Source: Rhizodiscina lignyota (lineage: Eukaryota). From it: a stretch of 64,000 bases of DNA. The position numbers were made by a program, and so were the translations under genes. The stretch spans positions 2,948,453 to 3,012,452 of the forward strand of contig ML978122.1 of the NCBI GenBank assembly GCA_010015805.1, given 5' to 3'. Position 1 is the stretch's first letter, and each line of letters starts with the position of its first letter. Of this stretch, positions 61,984 to 64,000 are shown piece by piece. The notes beneath the pieces are model-generated. The model ran no database searches, had not been told where the DNA came from, and saw only the letters and a program-made list of their open reading frames with translations.

Positions 61984-63053
61984 GTTGACGTCAGGTAGTG
62001 TGAATGTTGGGATGGAATAGTGAGACTCCGCGTTAGGTCTTGCAAGTAGAGAGACAGAGAGAGGTATGGGGATGGGAAGTTTGAAGAAGTTCTAGTTGTA
62101 ACTAGAACTAAGTGAGAAAGCCCATTGAAGGTAGGGTTAATGGTTGAAAGTAAAGAAGGAGAGGGAAGAAGAGAGTCGAGAAATTTGAAAGATATAAATA
62201 GAAGGCTAAGGCATAAACGCTAAGAGAGATGCCGAATGACTTGGACTCGCTGCTCAGCTTTCGAGTGGCTTCAGGGGAGGCTCGGAGAAGCATTTATAGA
62301 AGGTAATGTGAAGTAGAGAAGCCCCACTAAGTTCCGCGTGAATTAGAGTTTAGCACAACTTAGACTAAAGGCGTAGACGAATGAGGAAAGCATGAGAAGC
62401 AGCAAGCCACAACTTGAAGGTTGAAGAGTGAATGTAGAGGTAGAGGCGCGTGTAGTTGCCAACGCTTATCCAAACGGCTTCCAATTGTTGGATCACCATG
62501 CACTTCCGAGACATTGCTATGCATATTGAGGAAATTCGAAGGGTAGAGTATCAATATGTACCATTAAGTGAAGCGGATTGCATGGAACGAGATCTAACTA
62601 TTGAACATGACTGGAACCTAGTATTGCTTACGTAACTACGATATCAGAATTTTGCATCTTACCCCCTAAATGAAGCTCAAAATCAACAGGAAAAAATGAA
62701 GTTAAAGCCTATTTATTATTCCTTCACTATAAAGCTTGAGTGAATGAAAACTGACCTTGTAGTCTGTTTTAGACCTTCGTTAGATTCATCTTCATTCTTG
62801 CATATTTCAACTCGGTTTCTATTTCTTACCCAATCTTGCAGCCTTTCATCCACTAATTAGGGACTCTATAAAGGATCAGCCGCCTCTCTTGCTTTAACAT
62901 CTCTCTTACTAACCAACAACCTTTACTTTTATATCATTCTCTCCCATCTTCTTCTAAGCTTCTACTTTGTTCTTACAACTCTCTGAGTCTCTCTAATCCT
63001 CTCACGCAATGAGCGATAACGATCAAGAGCTTAAAGGCTGCTTGTAACGAACA

Positions 63054-64000
63054 ATGCAACATCAAAAGAGACTTAGATCATCTACTCCATCCCAAAGAGA
63101 CATGACAACCCAAGAACTCAAACGGCCAAGGACAGATTTCGGACAACGTACACCTGAAAATCAACTTACACCTCAAGTGGCTACTGGCTCCCCAGCGCAA
63201 GAATCTTTCCTAGCTGCATCGTACAGGACCGTTGTAAATATGATTCCCGCTCGCCCTAACGTCAGCGTGAATAGAAAACGCTGGGGGGAGCTCAAGAGAC
63301 AAACTCGCTTGCTAGACGAGGAGCTGCGACGACAAGATTCAGAACTACAGGGGACAGCCCGTGAGTGTCAAAGATTGCAAGGAGTTGTTGAGCTTCGGAA
63401 TAGAGAGCTTCAGGCTCAGAAGGATCTTCTCCAGAGGAGCCAGCAAAAGCTCGACAATGCGGATCATTTCATGTCTCGACAAAATCAAGAGATTGACCGA
63501 CTTAAGAAGTTGGCCAAGGAGGAAGAGGCGTCGTCCAAGAAACTACGACAAGAGGTATCAGAGATGCACGCAAAACAAAACCAGCGAGAACAGAACCTTC
63601 GAAAGCTCCAAGAGAGTGCGGCTTCCCGGTTGGAGTCAGCAGCATGGACGCAGGACGACGACGAGGTCATCAGGCGGAAGTTCTCTATGCTTGACAAGAC
63701 GGTCCAGACTTGGGGAAAGAGATACAGTGAATGTTCCTTGGATTTCTTAAAATGTGCTTCTCCAGCTGAAATAGCGGGGTTCAAATCGACTTGGAGCACC
63801 TTCGCTCAGCTCGAAGGAGTGGACGACAACGTCATGCACCCCAACTTGTCAACGAGAGCTCCGGCAATGCTTCTCACGGGATGGCTGAATTACTATATCT
63901 ACAACAAGATCTTCGAACACCCATGGTTCTTCGTGGACTATCGGAACCGGCATTCGAACGATGCCAACTCTTCGCCACAGAACAAGAACGATCACAATCC
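63054..64000 (+). CDS. Coiled-coil protein divergent from the Hsp70-like gene; 3' end lies beyond the window (absent from the ORF track)
   Basis: Stop-free frame from ATG 63054 to the end: MQHQKRLRSS..., about 115 aa of heptads (ELKRQTRLLDEELRRQ...NLRKLQE), then WTQDDDEVIRRKFSMLDKTVQTWGKRY...LLTGWLNYYIYNKIFEHPWFF. TATAAA near 62867. Confidence 0.8.
   Translation, partial: MQHQKRLRSSTPSQRDMTTQELKRPRTDFGQRTPENQLTPQVATGSPAQESFLAASYRTVVNMIPARPNVSVNRKRWGELKRQTRLLDEELRRQDSELQGTARECQRLQGVVELRNRELQAQKDLLQRSQQKLDNADHFMSRQNQEIDRLKKLAKEEEASSKKLRQEVSEMHAKQNQREQNLRKLQESAASRLESAAWTQDDDEVIRRKFSMLDKTVQTWGKRYSECSLDFLKCASPAEIAGFKSTWSTFAQLEGVDDNVMHPNLSTRAPAMLLTGWLNYYIYNKIFEHPWFFVDYRNRHSNDANSSPQNKNDHN

Overview
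Eukaryotic genomic DNA from a filamentous ascomycete (Pezizomycotina-type), with short GT-AG introns and CTRAC/CTAAY branch points. The window is gene-dense, with about 31 protein-coding genes. I recognised no rRNA, tRNA, CRISPR array or intact transposon. Housekeeping genes: JIP5, ENP1/bystin, ASH2/BRE2, a GT15 mannosyltransferase, YRB1, TAF14, TUM1, SAC1, Rab5/YPT52, RCF1. Metabolic or secreted enzymes: metallophosphoesterase/5'-nucleotidase, indoleamine 2,3-dioxygenase, GH51 arabinofuranosidase, 3-beta-HSD-like reductase, an SDR, an amidase. There are also three small stress-type hydrophilins and several poorly characterised genes. Most interesting items: (1) an atypical HSPA12-like Hsp70 placed head-to-head with a coiled-coil protein that is missing from the ORF track and runs off the window, a candidate two-gene Hsp70/co-factor module; (2) a single secreted gene of about 723 aa built from three tandem six-cysteine domains, each with an intron at the same position and Arg-containing linkers, possibly a polyprotein; (3) a crotonase-fold enzyme with a signal peptide and eight N-glycosylation sequons; (4) a membrane protein with an Atg8-interacting-like motif; (5) a five-repeat Myb/SANT protein; (6) a 1-bp frameshift near the end of the SDR. 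Gene models and exon boundaries were read by eye, and family assignments come from motif recognition, not database searches.
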